54,080 nucleotides of DNA, from assembly GCA_017619495.1 (NCBI GenBank), contig JAFZSF010000018.1:1-54080 (forward strand). The letters run 5' to 3'. This stretch comes from Clostridia bacterium (lineage in GTDB: Bacteria; Bacillota; Clostridia; Christensenellales; UBA1242). Numbering within the stretch: position 1 is the first letter of the stretch; each line of letters starts with the position of its first letter. The notes beneath the pieces were generated by a model. The model saw only the letters and a program-made list of their open reading frames with translations. It searched no databases and was not told the DNA's origin. This document shows, one piece after another, positions 1 through 9,519 of this stretch. Position numbers and translations under genes: made by a program.

Positions 1-200
1 AAAGTATATTCAACTAAATTACCCGTTATTTTTAGTACTTTATTCACACCGTCAATTACCAATGACAGCATTAAATTTTTATTGTTTAACGAATGCTTTA
101 AGCGCAAATGTGTGCCGTGTTCCAACTGATGAATTTCCACATACCCTGCCACGGCTCCCGTGCGGTCGTATAAAATAATGTTTTTAATGTAATTAGCCAT
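1..200 (-). CDS. Hypothetical protein, partial (runs off window start)
   Basis: ATG at 200 opens 66 uninterrupted codons (MANYIKNIILYDRTGAVAGYVEIHQLEHG...) to the window edge; TATCTT lies 6 nt upstream. Confidence 0.65.
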   Translation of the reverse strand, partial: MANYIKNIILYDRTGAVAGYVEIHQLEHGTHLRLKHSLNNKNLMLSLVIDGVNKVLKITGNLVEYT

Positions 201-222
201 TAAGACAAGATACTAAATTACC

Positions 223-996
223 TTAGTAAAATTTGCGCGAAATAGCACTGATATTGGCGTATTGTGTCGGAGTTATTTGTTCTGGGCGTAAAGTTGCATC
301 AATTCCAGCAGCCCCAAGAATTTGTTCCGCAGTAGTCTTGTTAGTTTTAAGCGCACTCGACAAAGCATTCAGCATGGTTTTACGACGCGCCGCAAAAACA
401 CCTTTCAGCATAGTTGCCATGTTTTTATCAACTAGTTGTCCATTCTTTTTCAAACAAATAAAAGCGCTGTCAATCTTGGGTTGTGGTGTAAACATCGTAC
501 GCGGTACAGTTGTTAAAATTTTACAATCGGATTGTAATTGGCAAGTAACCGACAAGGCACCATATAGTGTATTACCATGTGGCGCAACAATGCGTTCGGC
601 TACTTCGTCTGCTACTAGAACATTCAATTCACGGCAATTTGGTAAAGATAAAAACTGCATAATCAGGGGCGTCGTAATATAATAAGGGACATTGGCAATC
701 AAACGGAATGGCGGTAAATTTCGATAATCAAACTCCAAAGCATCAACAAAAGTTAAGGTAACATTATTATATGCTTGCAAGCGTTGCTCTAAGATAGGTT
801 GCAACCGCTTGTCAATTTCCAAGCAATGTAATTGGCAGCCGGTTTCGGCTAAGGCTTGTGATAAAGTTCCAGCACCAGCGCCGACCTCAACAATCACATC
901 AGTGGCTTGTACATTTAATTTTTTAACGAGAGTACGCAAAAAGCTAATATCATAGATAAAATTTTGTCCCAATGATTTTTTGTACTCGAATTCCAC
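223..996 (-). CDS. rsmA: 16S rRNA m6(2)A dimethyltransferase RsmA/KsgA
   Basis: KKSLGQNF, EVGAGAGTL, ANVPYYITTP, FTPQPKIDSA motifs. Confidence 0.97.
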   Translation of the reverse strand: MEFEYKKSLGQNFIYDISFLRTLVKKLNVQATDVIVEVGAGAGTLSQALAETGCQLHCLEIDKRLQPILEQRLQAYNNVTLTFVDALEFDYRNLPPFRLIANVPYYITTPLIMQFLSLPNCRELNVLVADEVAERIVAPHGNTLYGALSVTCQLQSDCKILTTVPRTMFTPQPKIDSAFICLKKNGQLVDKNMATMLKGVFAARRKTMLNALSSALKTNKTTAEQILGAAGIDATLRPEQITPTQYANISAISRKFY

Positions 997-1002
997 TTGA
1001 AC

Positions 1003-1011
1003 AGTTTAACA
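1003..1011 (-). promoter_or_regulatory. Extended -10 promoter (TGnTAAACT) 6 nt before rsmA GTG; leaderless
   Basis: Minus strand TGtTAAACTgttcaaGTG; no SD. Confidence 0.6.
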
Positions 1012-1088
1012 CATTATGTTAGTATATGATAGTTTATTTTGCACAAGATAAACTCATACCAATGAAACACTTTTTACCAAAGAAAAAC

Positions 1089-1116
1089 AAAGCAGCACGG
1101 ATTAACGGGCTGCTTT
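1089..1116 (-). terminator. Intrinsic terminator overlapping the tatD stop
   Basis: AAAGCAGC...GCTGCTTT inverted repeat followed by a T-rich tract on the minus strand. Confidence 0.6.
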
Positions 1117-1878
1117 TATTTTGTAAAAACGATAAGCGTTTTCCGCAGTTAATGTTTCAACTGCTAACGGCGTTTTACCCAAGACCCGAGCCATGGTTTC
1201 CGCTGTATACTGAATATATTGTGGCAGGTTAATTTCACCGCGTTTAGGAACGGGCGCCAAATAAGGTGCGTCCGTTTCTATTAAAATACGATTCAATGGA
1301 ATTGCGCGTAAAGTATCATGCAAGTATGCTTTACTTTTATAAGTAATGTGCCCACCAAAGGCAAAATATACCTCAATACCAGACAGTTGACTCATTAAAA
1401 ACTTTGCTTGCTCGGCGGTATAACTCATACAATGAATCAGTACACCGTTTTTTAGTTTGGCACGGTTAGCAATTAAAACATTGGCTGTATCTTCCCAGGC
1501 ATCACGGCTATGTACAACCAAAGGTTTTCGGTAACGGTCAGCCATATAAATTTGATGCTCAAAAGCCGCAATTTGCTCTGCCCGCGATGGTAAATCAGCG
1601 CGGTGATAGTCCAAACCACATTCACCAATCGCGACGAACTTGGGTTCATGTAGATGTTCCACCACGAAATGTTCAAAATCATTAGCAGAATATGTATCAG
1701 CATATTCGGGGTGAACGCCGGCAGTACAATAAATATGTTCATGTTCACGCGCGTACGCAAAAACAGTGGGCAGACTTGCAAAGTCCGCCCCAATTTCAAC
1801 ACCATGATTTTTACCTTGCACCACTTCTGGAAGACTGTTTAAGCGTGGGTCAGTTGTATGAAAATGTGAATCAAACAC
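1102..1878 (-). CDS. tatD: TatD family DNase
   Basis: DSHFH, GVHP, IGECGLDY, HSRDA, ETDAPYL motifs. Confidence 0.95.
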   Translation of the reverse strand: MFDSHFHTTDPRLNSLPEVVQGKNHGVEIGADFASLPTVFAYAREHEHIYCTAGVHPEYADTYSANDFEHFVVEHLHEPKFVAIGECGLDYHRADLPSRAEQIAAFEHQIYMADRYRKPLVVHSRDAWEDTANVLIANRAKLKNGVLIHCMSYTAEQAKFLMSQLSGIEVYFAFGGHITYKSKAYLHDTLRAIPLNRILIETDAPYLAPVPKRGEINLPQYIQYTAETMARVLGKTPLAVETLTAENAYRFYKIKAAR

Positions 1879-1880
1879 GA

Positions 1881-2357
1881 TTACTCCGCACGAGAAATTT
1901 TCAAAATCTTTAATTCAATTTGGCTTACCGGAGTTTTAATAATTGCGATTTCACCAACTTTTTTGCCTAATAACGCTTTACCTTTCGGACTTTCATTGGA
2001 AATGTAGTTCTTTTCAATATCAAATTCCATAAAACCAGTAACAACATAAGTTTCTTGTTTTTTAGTACGCACATTTTCAACTAAAACAGCTGTACCCAAG
2101 TTAACCTCACTTGTTTTGGCAGTTTTATATGAGAAGACAGATAAATTTTGCAAAGTTGCTTCTACTTCTTTAACACGGATTTCTAAATTATTTTGGGCTT
2201 CGCGCGCCGCAGCATATTCAGCATTTTCTTTCAAATCACCAAATTCACGCGCCTCACGAATTTGCGCGGCAATATCTTCGCGTTTCGCTCTTAAAACTTC
2301 TAATTCATCTTCAAGTTTCTTTTTACCAACCACAGTTACATATCTTGTAGTCATCAA
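1881..2357 (-). CDS. greA: Transcription elongation factor GreA
   Basis: AREFGDLKENAEY and ISNESPKGKALLGK; SD GAGGAG upstream. Confidence 0.96.
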   Translation of the reverse strand: MMTTRYVTVVGKKKLEDELEVLRAKREDIAAQIREAREFGDLKENAEYAAAREAQNNLEIRVKEVEATLQNLSVFSYKTAKTSEVNLGTAVLVENVRTKKQETYVVTGFMEFDIEKNYISNESPKGKALLGKKVGEIAIIKTPVSQIELKILKISRAE

Positions 2358-2440
2358 TAATTTTCTCCTCTTACCATGATTATGGTTTTATATAATATGC
2401 TGATTTTTGCCATTTTGTCAAGTAAAATGCTTTTTAGCAA

Positions 2441-2815
2441 TTATGGCATCAATAAAGTGTCGTAAACACTGCAATTCAGATAACGCAACTTTTTAGCAAG
2501 TAGATACAGCAATTCAGCATTAGTCGGTTCTTGATCGAACAGTAAACCAAACTTCGGTTGTGGCAACCACTTTTCCACCAAAGTATGTAAATTGCGTTCA
2601 ACACATAAGCGCGTAATTTTGCGTTTGTGTGCGACCGATAAATAAATTGATTTCAAATTTGATGCTAATTCCGTGTAATTTTCCAGTGCGGCCTTTAACA
2701 AATCACACAAAATTGGAAAACCAACATAACCTGATGGACAGTCATAAGCGATTAAGAAATCGCTAATACCGGTTTTTACTTTTTCGCGATCATTTTGTTT
2801 CATCGTAATTCTCAC
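2441..2815 (-). CDS. Stand-alone Spo0A C-terminal (DNA-binding) domain protein
   Basis: Aligns by eye to Spo0A_C (P..Y.GF..L, IY..VA......CVERN, PTNAE....LAKKLR); no receiver domain. Confidence 0.8.
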   Translation of the reverse strand: MRITMKQNDREKVKTGISDFLIAYDCPSGYVGFPILCDLLKAALENYTELASNLKSIYLSVAHKRKITRLCVERNLHTLVEKWLPQPKFGLLFDQEPTNAELLYLLAKKLRYLNCSVYDTLLMP

Positions 2816-2821
2816 TTTTGA

Positions 2822-3121
2822 TTAATATTTGGGGATTAAATGAATATGGGCGTGCATAATTTCTTGACCAGCCGCCTTACCGCAATTCACTTTGATGTTA
2901 TAGCCCACAGGCTGGTGCGTTTTTTCAATTTTAGTTTTGGCAACATTAATCAAAGCCCCTACCGCTGCCCATTCAGCCGCAGTCATATCAAAGACTGTGG
3001 TCATATGGCGTTTAGGAATAATCAAGCTATGACCGGCTGCCACCGGAAATTTATCATACAACATATAACACAATTCATTTTCTGCAACGCAATTTTTAGC
3101 TAAATCACAAAAAAGACACAT
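2822..3121 (-). CDS. HIT family nucleotide hydrolase
   Basis: CLFC at N-terminus, GHSLIIPKRH, HAHIH triad; start moved to ATG 3121 behind SD GGGGAG. Confidence 0.93.
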   Translation of the reverse strand: MCLFCDLAKNCVAENELCYMLYDKFPVAAGHSLIIPKRHMTTVFDMTAAEWAAVGALINVAKTKIEKTHQPVGYNIKVNCGKAAGQEIMHAHIHLIPKY

Positions 3122-3962
3122 ATGACGCTCCCCCACACGGCAAAATCAAATTTTCTTTTGTCGGTAATCCAATCTCGTAAGTTTGGATATCGTAGTGTAA
3201 CCCATGCAAATTTTTTCGTAAAACATTTTCTATGACTGCTGGTTGCACCGCAGATGTATAATTATTAACCAACATGAATAGCGGTTTTTCCGATAATAAC
3301 TGCACGCAATTGGCAATTAAATCATTCAAATTATCGGTCAATTTCCAAATTTCACCATTAGCACCACGACCAAAATTAGGCGGATCCATAATAATGGCAT
3401 CGTATTTGTGTCCACGACGAATTTCGCGCGCCACAAATTTTTGACAGTCATCAACAATGTAGCGCACACTTTCATAAGGAATTTGGTTCAAAGCAATATT
3501 GCGTTTAGCTACATCAGTCATACCACGGCTGGCATCAACATGGGTCACGGTAGCACCAGCCTTAGCACAGGCTACAGTCGCACCACCAGTATAAGCAAAT
3601 AAATTTAAGACCTTAGCGTGCGGGTGTTTACCTAAAACTTCCATGACCATATCCCAGTTTACCGCTTGTTCTGGAAACAATCCGGTGTGTTTGAAATTCA
3701 TAGGACTAATAATAAAAGATAGATTTTTATATTTAATGGTCCACTCATCAGGAGTTGGTTTCAACCATTCCCATGCACCACCACCTGTCGCCGAACGATG
3801 GTAATGACCGGAAATATGTGGATAATGTTGATAATCAACAGAAGCGCTCCATATCGCCTGTGGGTCTGGGCGTAACAAGACGATTTTACCCCAGCGCTCT
3901 AATTTTTCGCCATCACCAGTGGCAATGATTTCAAAATCACGCCAATCTGATGTGTATTTCAT
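3105..3962 (-). CDS. Class I SAM-dependent methyltransferase (RlmI/RlmK-like)
   Basis: KHTGLFPEQ, LNLFAYTGG, IIMDPPNFG motifs. Confidence 0.88.
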   Translation of the reverse strand: MKYTSDWRDFEIIATGDGEKLERWGKIVLLRPDPQAIWSASVDYQHYPHISGHYHRSATGGGAWEWLKPTPDEWTIKYKNLSFIISPMNFKHTGLFPEQAVNWDMVMEVLGKHPHAKVLNLFAYTGGATVACAKAGATVTHVDASRGMTDVAKRNIALNQIPYESVRYIVDDCQKFVAREIRRGHKYDAIIMDPPNFGRGANGEIWKLTDNLNDLIANCVQLLSEKPLFMLVNNYTSAVQPAVIENVLRKNLHGLHYDIQTYEIGLPTKENLILPCGGASYVSFL

Positions 3963-6960
3963 GTTTTCCTTTTCCTCCCGTAATGTGCATTTCAGTAGCT
4001 AAGACTTCGCGCATAATACGCGGTTGATGTGCACAAGCAGCTGCGTACATTTTGGCGTTTCCCGCCTTAAAATCAACCACGATACGGTCGGTGATTTCCA
4101 TTTTCTGATTCATACGCTCTAATTGAATACTACGAATCAGTTCACGCGCAATACCTTCCAACATTAAATCGTCGGTAATTTGTGTATCCAATACTACGGT
4201 AATATCATTTACCGCTGTAATGACAAAACCAGCACGCGGAGCCAATTTGCGTTCAAATAAATCTGGGGTTAAAGCATCAAAGCCCGCGATATTAATTTTT
4301 TCGCCCGCGTCAAAAGCAGCAATATATTGCGTCATCTGTTGTGAGTTTTGTAGAGCATTTTTTAGTTCTTGTACACGGTTTTTCAAAATCGCACCGGCTT
4401 TTTTGAAATTAACAGTTAAATATGCGACATTAAACTTTTCGTCATCGGTCACAATTTCAATCTGTTTGACATTTAGTTGTTCTTGGATAATTGCGGCAAA
4501 CATTGTGACTGTATCAATTTGATTGGTTTTAACATAGACTTTGGATAATGGTTGTTTAATGGCAATTTGATTCTCGGCACGCAACGATAGTCCTAAGCTG
4601 ATAATTTGTTTGACTAATTCAATTGGTTGTAATAAATCGGTTTTGCTTTTAATTTTTAACGGTGTCGGATAATTAGCTAGCATGACCGGTGCTTCGCCTT
4701 CACCAAAACAATTTTCCCATAAATATTGAGCATAACTAGGGACTAACGGAGTTAAAACAATGGTTACACTACGCAACGCCTGAAACAAACACCAATATGC
4801 ATTCATTTTGTCTTGATCTTCGCCATTCTTCCAATAACGACGACGATTAACACGAATATAGAAATTAGAAATATTTTCCACGAAGTCATCAGTTAATTTG
4901 ACTACATTATGAATTTTGAATTGGTCATATGCTTCACGGGTGGCTTGAATATATTGGTTAGTTAATTGTACCAGCCACATATCGATGGGGGCCAAATTCT
5001 CTGGTTGATAGTTTTTCACATCTGGTTTATCGACCAAGGCATAGGTCGTATAGAATACATAGGCGTTCCACAGTGCCAACAAACGGCGTTTAGCATCTTC
5101 TGCGATACTGTCCCCAAAACGCATATCCAAAGTCGGATTTGCGCTAGCGAAAGCATAACGCAAAACATCGGTGCCATACTGTTTAGCTACATCTTCAATG
5201 TAAATTTTACGCGGACCAGTTTTGGAAAACTTTTTACCATCCTCGTCAACAATAGTAGAATGGCCAACAACATTTTTGTATGGTGCTTCCCCTGTCAAAA
5301 CCACAGACATAAATAGTTGAGCATAGAACCATAAACGAATTTGTTCTTTCATTTCCAAAACCATATCGGCCTTAAACTGCCCCTTAGGTTTAGTTGAGAA
5401 CGGCGCAATACCAGCGTCTAACCAACAATCACCTACCTCGGTAACACGCGACACTGGTTCATGGCATTTTTCACAAGTAATTTGAATTTCATCGATATAA
5501 GGACGATGTAAATGTGGCAAAGCATCAACTTTACTGGGGTCAATCGCGCGCGCACGCAGTTCTTCTTTACTGTCAATGACATTCAAATGACCACATTTTT
5601 TACACGGATAAAACGGCAAAGGTAAACCATAGAAACGGCGTCGACTGATATTCCAATCACCCATGTCAGTCAACCATTGACGCATTGACTTACCCATGAA
5701 GTCTGGTGTCCAGTGAACTGTATCGGCAGCCTTTAATAAATCCTTACGAATACCATCGGTTGCAATATCATATCCTTCAACTAAACGGAAAATAACATCA
5801 GTTTTACAACGCCAGCAGAACGGATAGTTATGCGTGTGATCATGATGATAATATAAAGTTTGATTTTGCGTTAAATGTTCAAAAACAGCTGGTTCACAAG
5901 CAACAGTTGACAAACCTGCCAACCATTCAAAATCTTCATAGAAAGTACCATTCTCCGCGACTGGAATAATGAATGGTGCCATGTTTAACTTTGTACCCAA
6001 CGCAAAGTCTTCCGCACCGCAACCTGGCGCAATATGTACAGCACCTGAACCATCAATTTCATCAACTTGATCCCACGGCACAATTTTATGTTCAAATTGT
6101 TGTTTTTGTAATGGCAAGAATGGTTCATAAACTAAACCAACCAAATCGGCACCTTTAACTTTTTCCACCACTTTAACCAAGTCATCGCGCAAAACTTTCA
6201 ATTGTTTTTCACAAACAATCAATAAATTTTTGTCGCTCTTAACTTGACACTTACAATAAGTAAATTCAGGGTTTACTGCAATCGCCATGTTGGCAGCCAA
6301 AGTCCACGGCGTGGTTGTCCAAACCAAGATGCGTTCATCGCGTCCAACCAATTTGGCTTTAACAAAAACAGCCTTGTGCGTGCGTTCTTTATAACTGCCA
6401 CTCATTTCATGTTCACTCAAACTGGTTCCACAGCGCGGACACCATGGCATGGTCTTGTAGCTCTGCTTCAGCATTTTTTTATCGTGGCAAACTTTCAAAA
6501 AATGCCAGATCGAAGTGATGTTTTGATCAGAATTAGTGATGTAACTATGTTCCCAATCACCCAACTGTTCAAATAACTTACTTTGTTCCGTTTGATGATT
6601 TTTGAAAAAGTTAACACGCTCAATACATTTTTCGGTAAATTTATCAACGCCGTACTGCGTAATTTCTTGTTTATTGTTCAAGCCTAACAATTTTTCGACT
6701 TCGACTTCAACCCACATACCTTGTGCGTCAAAACCCCAAACATAATCAACTTCTTTGCCGATTAAAGAATTATAACGGTTATAAGCATCTTTCAATGTAC
6801 GACCCCAGCCGTGGTGCAAACACAAGGGTGCATTTGCGGTAACCGGACCATCTAAAAAATTAAATTTAGGTTTGCCTTTGTTTTTTGCCTTTACTTTGAC
6901 AAGAATATCGGCTGGTTCATAATTATGACCAAAATCAAATACAGAGGTTTCTTTTTTCAT
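3937..6960 (-). CDS. ileS: Isoleucyl-tRNA synthetase, type 2
   Basis: FLDGPVTAN, WTTTPWTL, DWNISRRRF, long type-2 C-terminus (EGIARELIRSIQ); signature motifs read CLHH and KFSKT. Confidence 0.95.
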   Translation of the reverse strand: MKKETSVFDFGHNYEPADILVKVKAKNKGKPKFNFLDGPVTANAPLCLHHGWGRTLKDAYNRYNSLIGKEVDYVWGFDAQGMWVEVEVEKLLGLNNKQEITQYGVDKFTEKCIERVNFFKNHQTEQSKLFEQLGDWEHSYITNSDQNITSIWHFLKVCHDKKMLKQSYKTMPWCPRCGTSLSEHEMSGSYKERTHKAVFVKAKLVGRDERILVWTTTPWTLAANMAIAVNPEFTYCKCQVKSDKNLLIVCEKQLKVLRDDLVKVVEKVKGADLVGLVYEPFLPLQKQQFEHKIVPWDQVDEIDGSGAVHIAPGCGAEDFALGTKLNMAPFIIPVAENGTFYEDFEWLAGLSTVACEPAVFEHLTQNQTLYYHHDHTHNYPFCWRCKTDVIFRLVEGYDIATDGIRKDLLKAADTVHWTPDFMGKSMRQWLTDMGDWNISRRRFYGLPLPFYPCKKCGHLNVIDSKEELRARAIDPSKVDALPHLHRPYIDEIQITCEKCHEPVSRVTEVGDCWLDAGIAPFSTKPKGQFKADMVLEMKEQIRLWFYAQLFMSVVLTGEAPYKNVVGHSTIVDEDGKKFSKTGPRKIYIEDVAKQYGTDVLRYAFASANPTLDMRFGDSIAEDAKRRLLALWNAYVFYTTYALVDKPDVKNYQPENLAPIDMWLVQLTNQYIQATREAYDQFKIHNVVKLTDDFVENISNFYIRVNRRRYWKNGEDQDKMNAYWCLFQALRSVTIVLTPLVPSYAQYLWENCFGEGEAPVMLANYPTPLKIKSKTDLLQPIELVKQIISLGLSLRAENQIAIKQPLSKVYVKTNQIDTVTMFAAIIQEQLNVKQIEIVTDDEKFNVAYLTVNFKKAGAILKNRVQELKNALQNSQQMTQYIAAFDAGEKINIAGFDALTPDLFERKLAPRAGFVITAVNDITVVLDTQITDDLMLEGIARELIRSIQLERMNQKMEITDRIVVDFKAGNAKMYAAACAHQPRIMREVLATEMHITGGKGKHEIHIRLA

Positions 6961-7001
6961 TCTAATATCCTTTTATTTATGGTTATAAATTAACATGATT
7001 T

Positions 7002-7739
7002 TTAATAACTTTCAATGACTTTTACCAAATCAATGATATCTGCATTAGTCAAGAAAGCAATCGGTCGTTCCATAGCAGTACCCTTTTCCGTAATCAATAT
7101 TGCGGCAATCTTACGGTTATTGTTAAAAATAGTTAACGCTTGTTCAATAGTTATATCCCTTCTGACAATAGTAAAATGTCCTGATTGTGGGTACATACGC
7201 AAATAATTTTCAATGGAAGTTTTGCGAATAAAATCGTCTAAATCGTTAGTATCTAAAATCGTCGCCAAGTCTTCAATTAGTTTTCGCCAACGCACAATGC
7301 CAACCAAATGATTTCCTTTATAGGCTGGAATCATGCCGTGTCCAGTAATGCCCGTTTCCTTAATCAAGTCATATAAACTACGCCCCGCATCAATCGTGGT
7401 AACTGGACGCTGGCGCAAAACATCAACCACTAATGGTGGTGTCGTAATTAAAGTAGCAATTTTTTCCATTAATTCCACCACTTCTAAATGCGGTTCGGCA
7501 ATAACCTTGTTATTATCACTACTATGTACAATGGCGTTACGCAAACGCGCGAAGTTGATTAAATCATTTTCGTGACCACGGATTACCGAATTCAAATCCG
7601 CACAGCGACGAATTAAATCTGAAAATGAAATAGTGGTTTTGAAGTTGTATTGCACGCGTAAGGCTTTATCAATCGCGTTATAAGCGTCCAAAAAACGGGC
7701 GCCCAATGACTTTCCTGCTGAATTCGACATGTTTGACAT
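7002..7739 (-). CDS. CBS-domain protein with N-terminal helical domain
   Basis: LRNAIVH...IAEP N-terminal motif followed by CBS-like repeats; start placed at ATG 7739, 6 nt after TATAAT. Confidence 0.75.
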   Translation of the reverse strand: MSNMSNSAGKSLGARFLDAYNAIDKALRVQYNFKTTISFSDLIRRCADLNSVIRGHENDLINFARLRNAIVHSSDNNKVIAEPHLEVVELMEKIATLITTPPLVVDVLRQRPVTTIDAGRSLYDLIKETGITGHGMIPAYKGNHLVGIVRWRKLIEDLATILDTNDLDDFIRKTSIENYLRMYPQSGHFTIVRRDITIEQALTIFNNNRKIAAILITEKGTAMERPIAFLTNADIIDLVKVIESY

Positions 7740-7761
7740 ATTGGTATTATACACTTATAAT
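7733..7761 (+). promoter_or_regulatory. Consensus sigma-A promoter of rnr; leaderless
   Basis: TTGACA-17-TATAAT, then 5 nt to GTG 7767. Confidence 0.85.
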
Positions 7762-7774
7762 TTGCTGTGAGCAA
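7746..7774 (-). promoter_or_regulatory. Sigma-A promoter of the CBS gene; leaderless
   Basis: TTGCTC-17-TATAAT, then 6 nt to ATG 7739. Confidence 0.75.
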
Positions 7775-9467
7775 AATAGAAAATCGGATTACCGGTGAAT
7801 TATCTGTTACACTAAAAGGCTATGGTTTCGTCGAGTTACCTAATCGCGACGAAGATATTTTTATTGCCAAAGACAATTTACATGGCGCCGTTGATGGTGA
7901 TATTGTTGAAATCCGTTATAAAAAGAAAAAACACAATGACCGCCCTGATGCCGAAGTAGTACGCGTCATTGCCCACCAAGACCAACCGGTAACGATTGAA
8001 AGCATCATGAAAAAATATAAATTGTTACCCAATTTTCCTGATGTCGTTTTACAAGAAGCCGAAAAAGTTAGTCATAAAAAGCTTAGTGATTGCATGCAAA
8101 ATCGTGTTGATTTGCGGGGTTTACCGATTATCACGATTGACCCAGCCGACGCCCGCGATTTAGATGATGCGGTCAGTTTAGTTGATAATGCCGACGGTAC
8201 CATAACCCTAGGCGTGCATATTGCCGATGTTTCCGAATATGTTACTGCGGACAGCGCGCTTGACAAAGAAGCTTATCGCCGTGGCACCAGTGTCTACTTT
8301 CCCGACCGCGTTTTGCCGATGTTACCCACCCAATTATCCAATGGTGTTTGTTCTTTGAATCCCAACGAACCGCGTCTAGCTTTGTCGGTTTTAATGAACT
8401 TGGATCAACATTACAATCTAATTAGCCACAAAATTCAAAAGTCACTGATTCAGTCAGTAACCCGTTTTTCATATGACGAAGTCCAAGCTATTTTAGACGG
8501 TCAAGTTGATCATCAACACCGTGGTATGTTACTACGCATGGCAGAAATCACCAAAAAGTTTGAACGCGACCGCCAGGCCCGTGGTGAGATTACTTTCAAT
8601 GTTCCAGAACCTAAAATTGTTTTGGACGAAAACGGACAAATTGCTTCAGTTTATTCTCAACCACACAATTTAAGCCACCGTATTATTGAAACTTTTATGG
8701 TCATGACCAACGAAGTTGTGGCTGAACATTGTTATAAATTACACTTACCATTCATATACCGTATCCACGAAAAACCCGACGCCTTAAAAGTAATTCGCTT
8801 TTTAAGTGCCTTAACGCCCTTTCAAGTACAACACCATATTGACTTTGAAAACCCGACCGGCTTTCAATATCAAGACATGTTAAACAACATTAAAGACGAA
8901 AATGTCAAAATTGTCGTATCTGGTTTAGCATTGCGTTCTATGCAGAAAGCTAAATATGATCCGCACTGTGTCGGTCATTACGCATTGGGGTCAACATATT
9001 ATTGCCACTTCACTTCCCCCATTCGACGCTACCCCGATTTAACCATACACCGCATTATCAAAATGTATTTAGATAATCAATTATCGGCTCCCCAAGTTGG
9101 ACGCTTGCAAGCGTTTGTTACTGCCGCCAGCCAACAATCGTCCCAAACCGAATTAGACGCTGTCGCTGCTGAACGCGAAGTGGACGCTTTGAAATGTGCC
9201 GAATATATGCAAGTCCATATTGGCGAAACATTTGACGGTATCGTTAATGGTATTACCGATTTCGGTGTCTTTGTCTATTTGCCCGCTAACACCGCCGAAG
9301 GTTTGGTACGCATAGAAAATTTACCGGACGATCATTATTTATACCACGATGACACGATGCAAATGATTGGTAAAAAGTCCAAAATTCGCATGGGCGACCC
9401 AATCAAAGTCAAGGTCATCGGCGTAAACTTGCACAAATCTAAAATTGAATTTTCCGCGAACTTTTAA
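7767..9467 (+). CDS. rnr: Ribonuclease R, shortened form
   Basis: TIDPADARDLDDA, HFTSPIRRYPDL, C-terminal S1 domain; 566 aa with a reduced N-terminus. Confidence 0.93.
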   Translation: MSKIENRITGELSVTLKGYGFVELPNRDEDIFIAKDNLHGAVDGDIVEIRYKKKKHNDRPDAEVVRVIAHQDQPVTIESIMKKYKLLPNFPDVVLQEAEKVSHKKLSDCMQNRVDLRGLPIITIDPADARDLDDAVSLVDNADGTITLGVHIADVSEYVTADSALDKEAYRRGTSVYFPDRVLPMLPTQLSNGVCSLNPNEPRLALSVLMNLDQHYNLISHKIQKSLIQSVTRFSYDEVQAILDGQVDHQHRGMLLRMAEITKKFERDRQARGEITFNVPEPKIVLDENGQIASVYSQPHNLSHRIIETFMVMTNEVVAEHCYKLHLPFIYRIHEKPDALKVIRFLSALTPFQVQHHIDFENPTGFQYQDMLNNIKDENVKIVVSGLALRSMQKAKYDPHCVGHYALGSTYYCHFTSPIRRYPDLTIHRIIKMYLDNQLSAPQVGRLQAFVTAASQQSSQTELDAVAAEREVDALKCAEYMQVHIGETFDGIVNGITDFGVFVYLPANTAEGLVRIENLPDDHYLYHDDTMQMIGKKSKIRMGDPIKVKVIGVNLHKSKIEFSANF

Positions 9468-9476
9468 TGATAACGA

Positions 9477-9510
9477 AAAAAGGCTTCACGACGAAGCCTT
9501 TTATTTTTTT
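9477..9510. terminator. Bidirectional intrinsic terminator between rnr and the ABC gene
   Basis: AAAAAGGCTTC-acgac-GAAGCCTTTT with A/T tracts on both sides. Confidence 0.85.
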
Positions 9511-9519
9511 GGTTCATGG

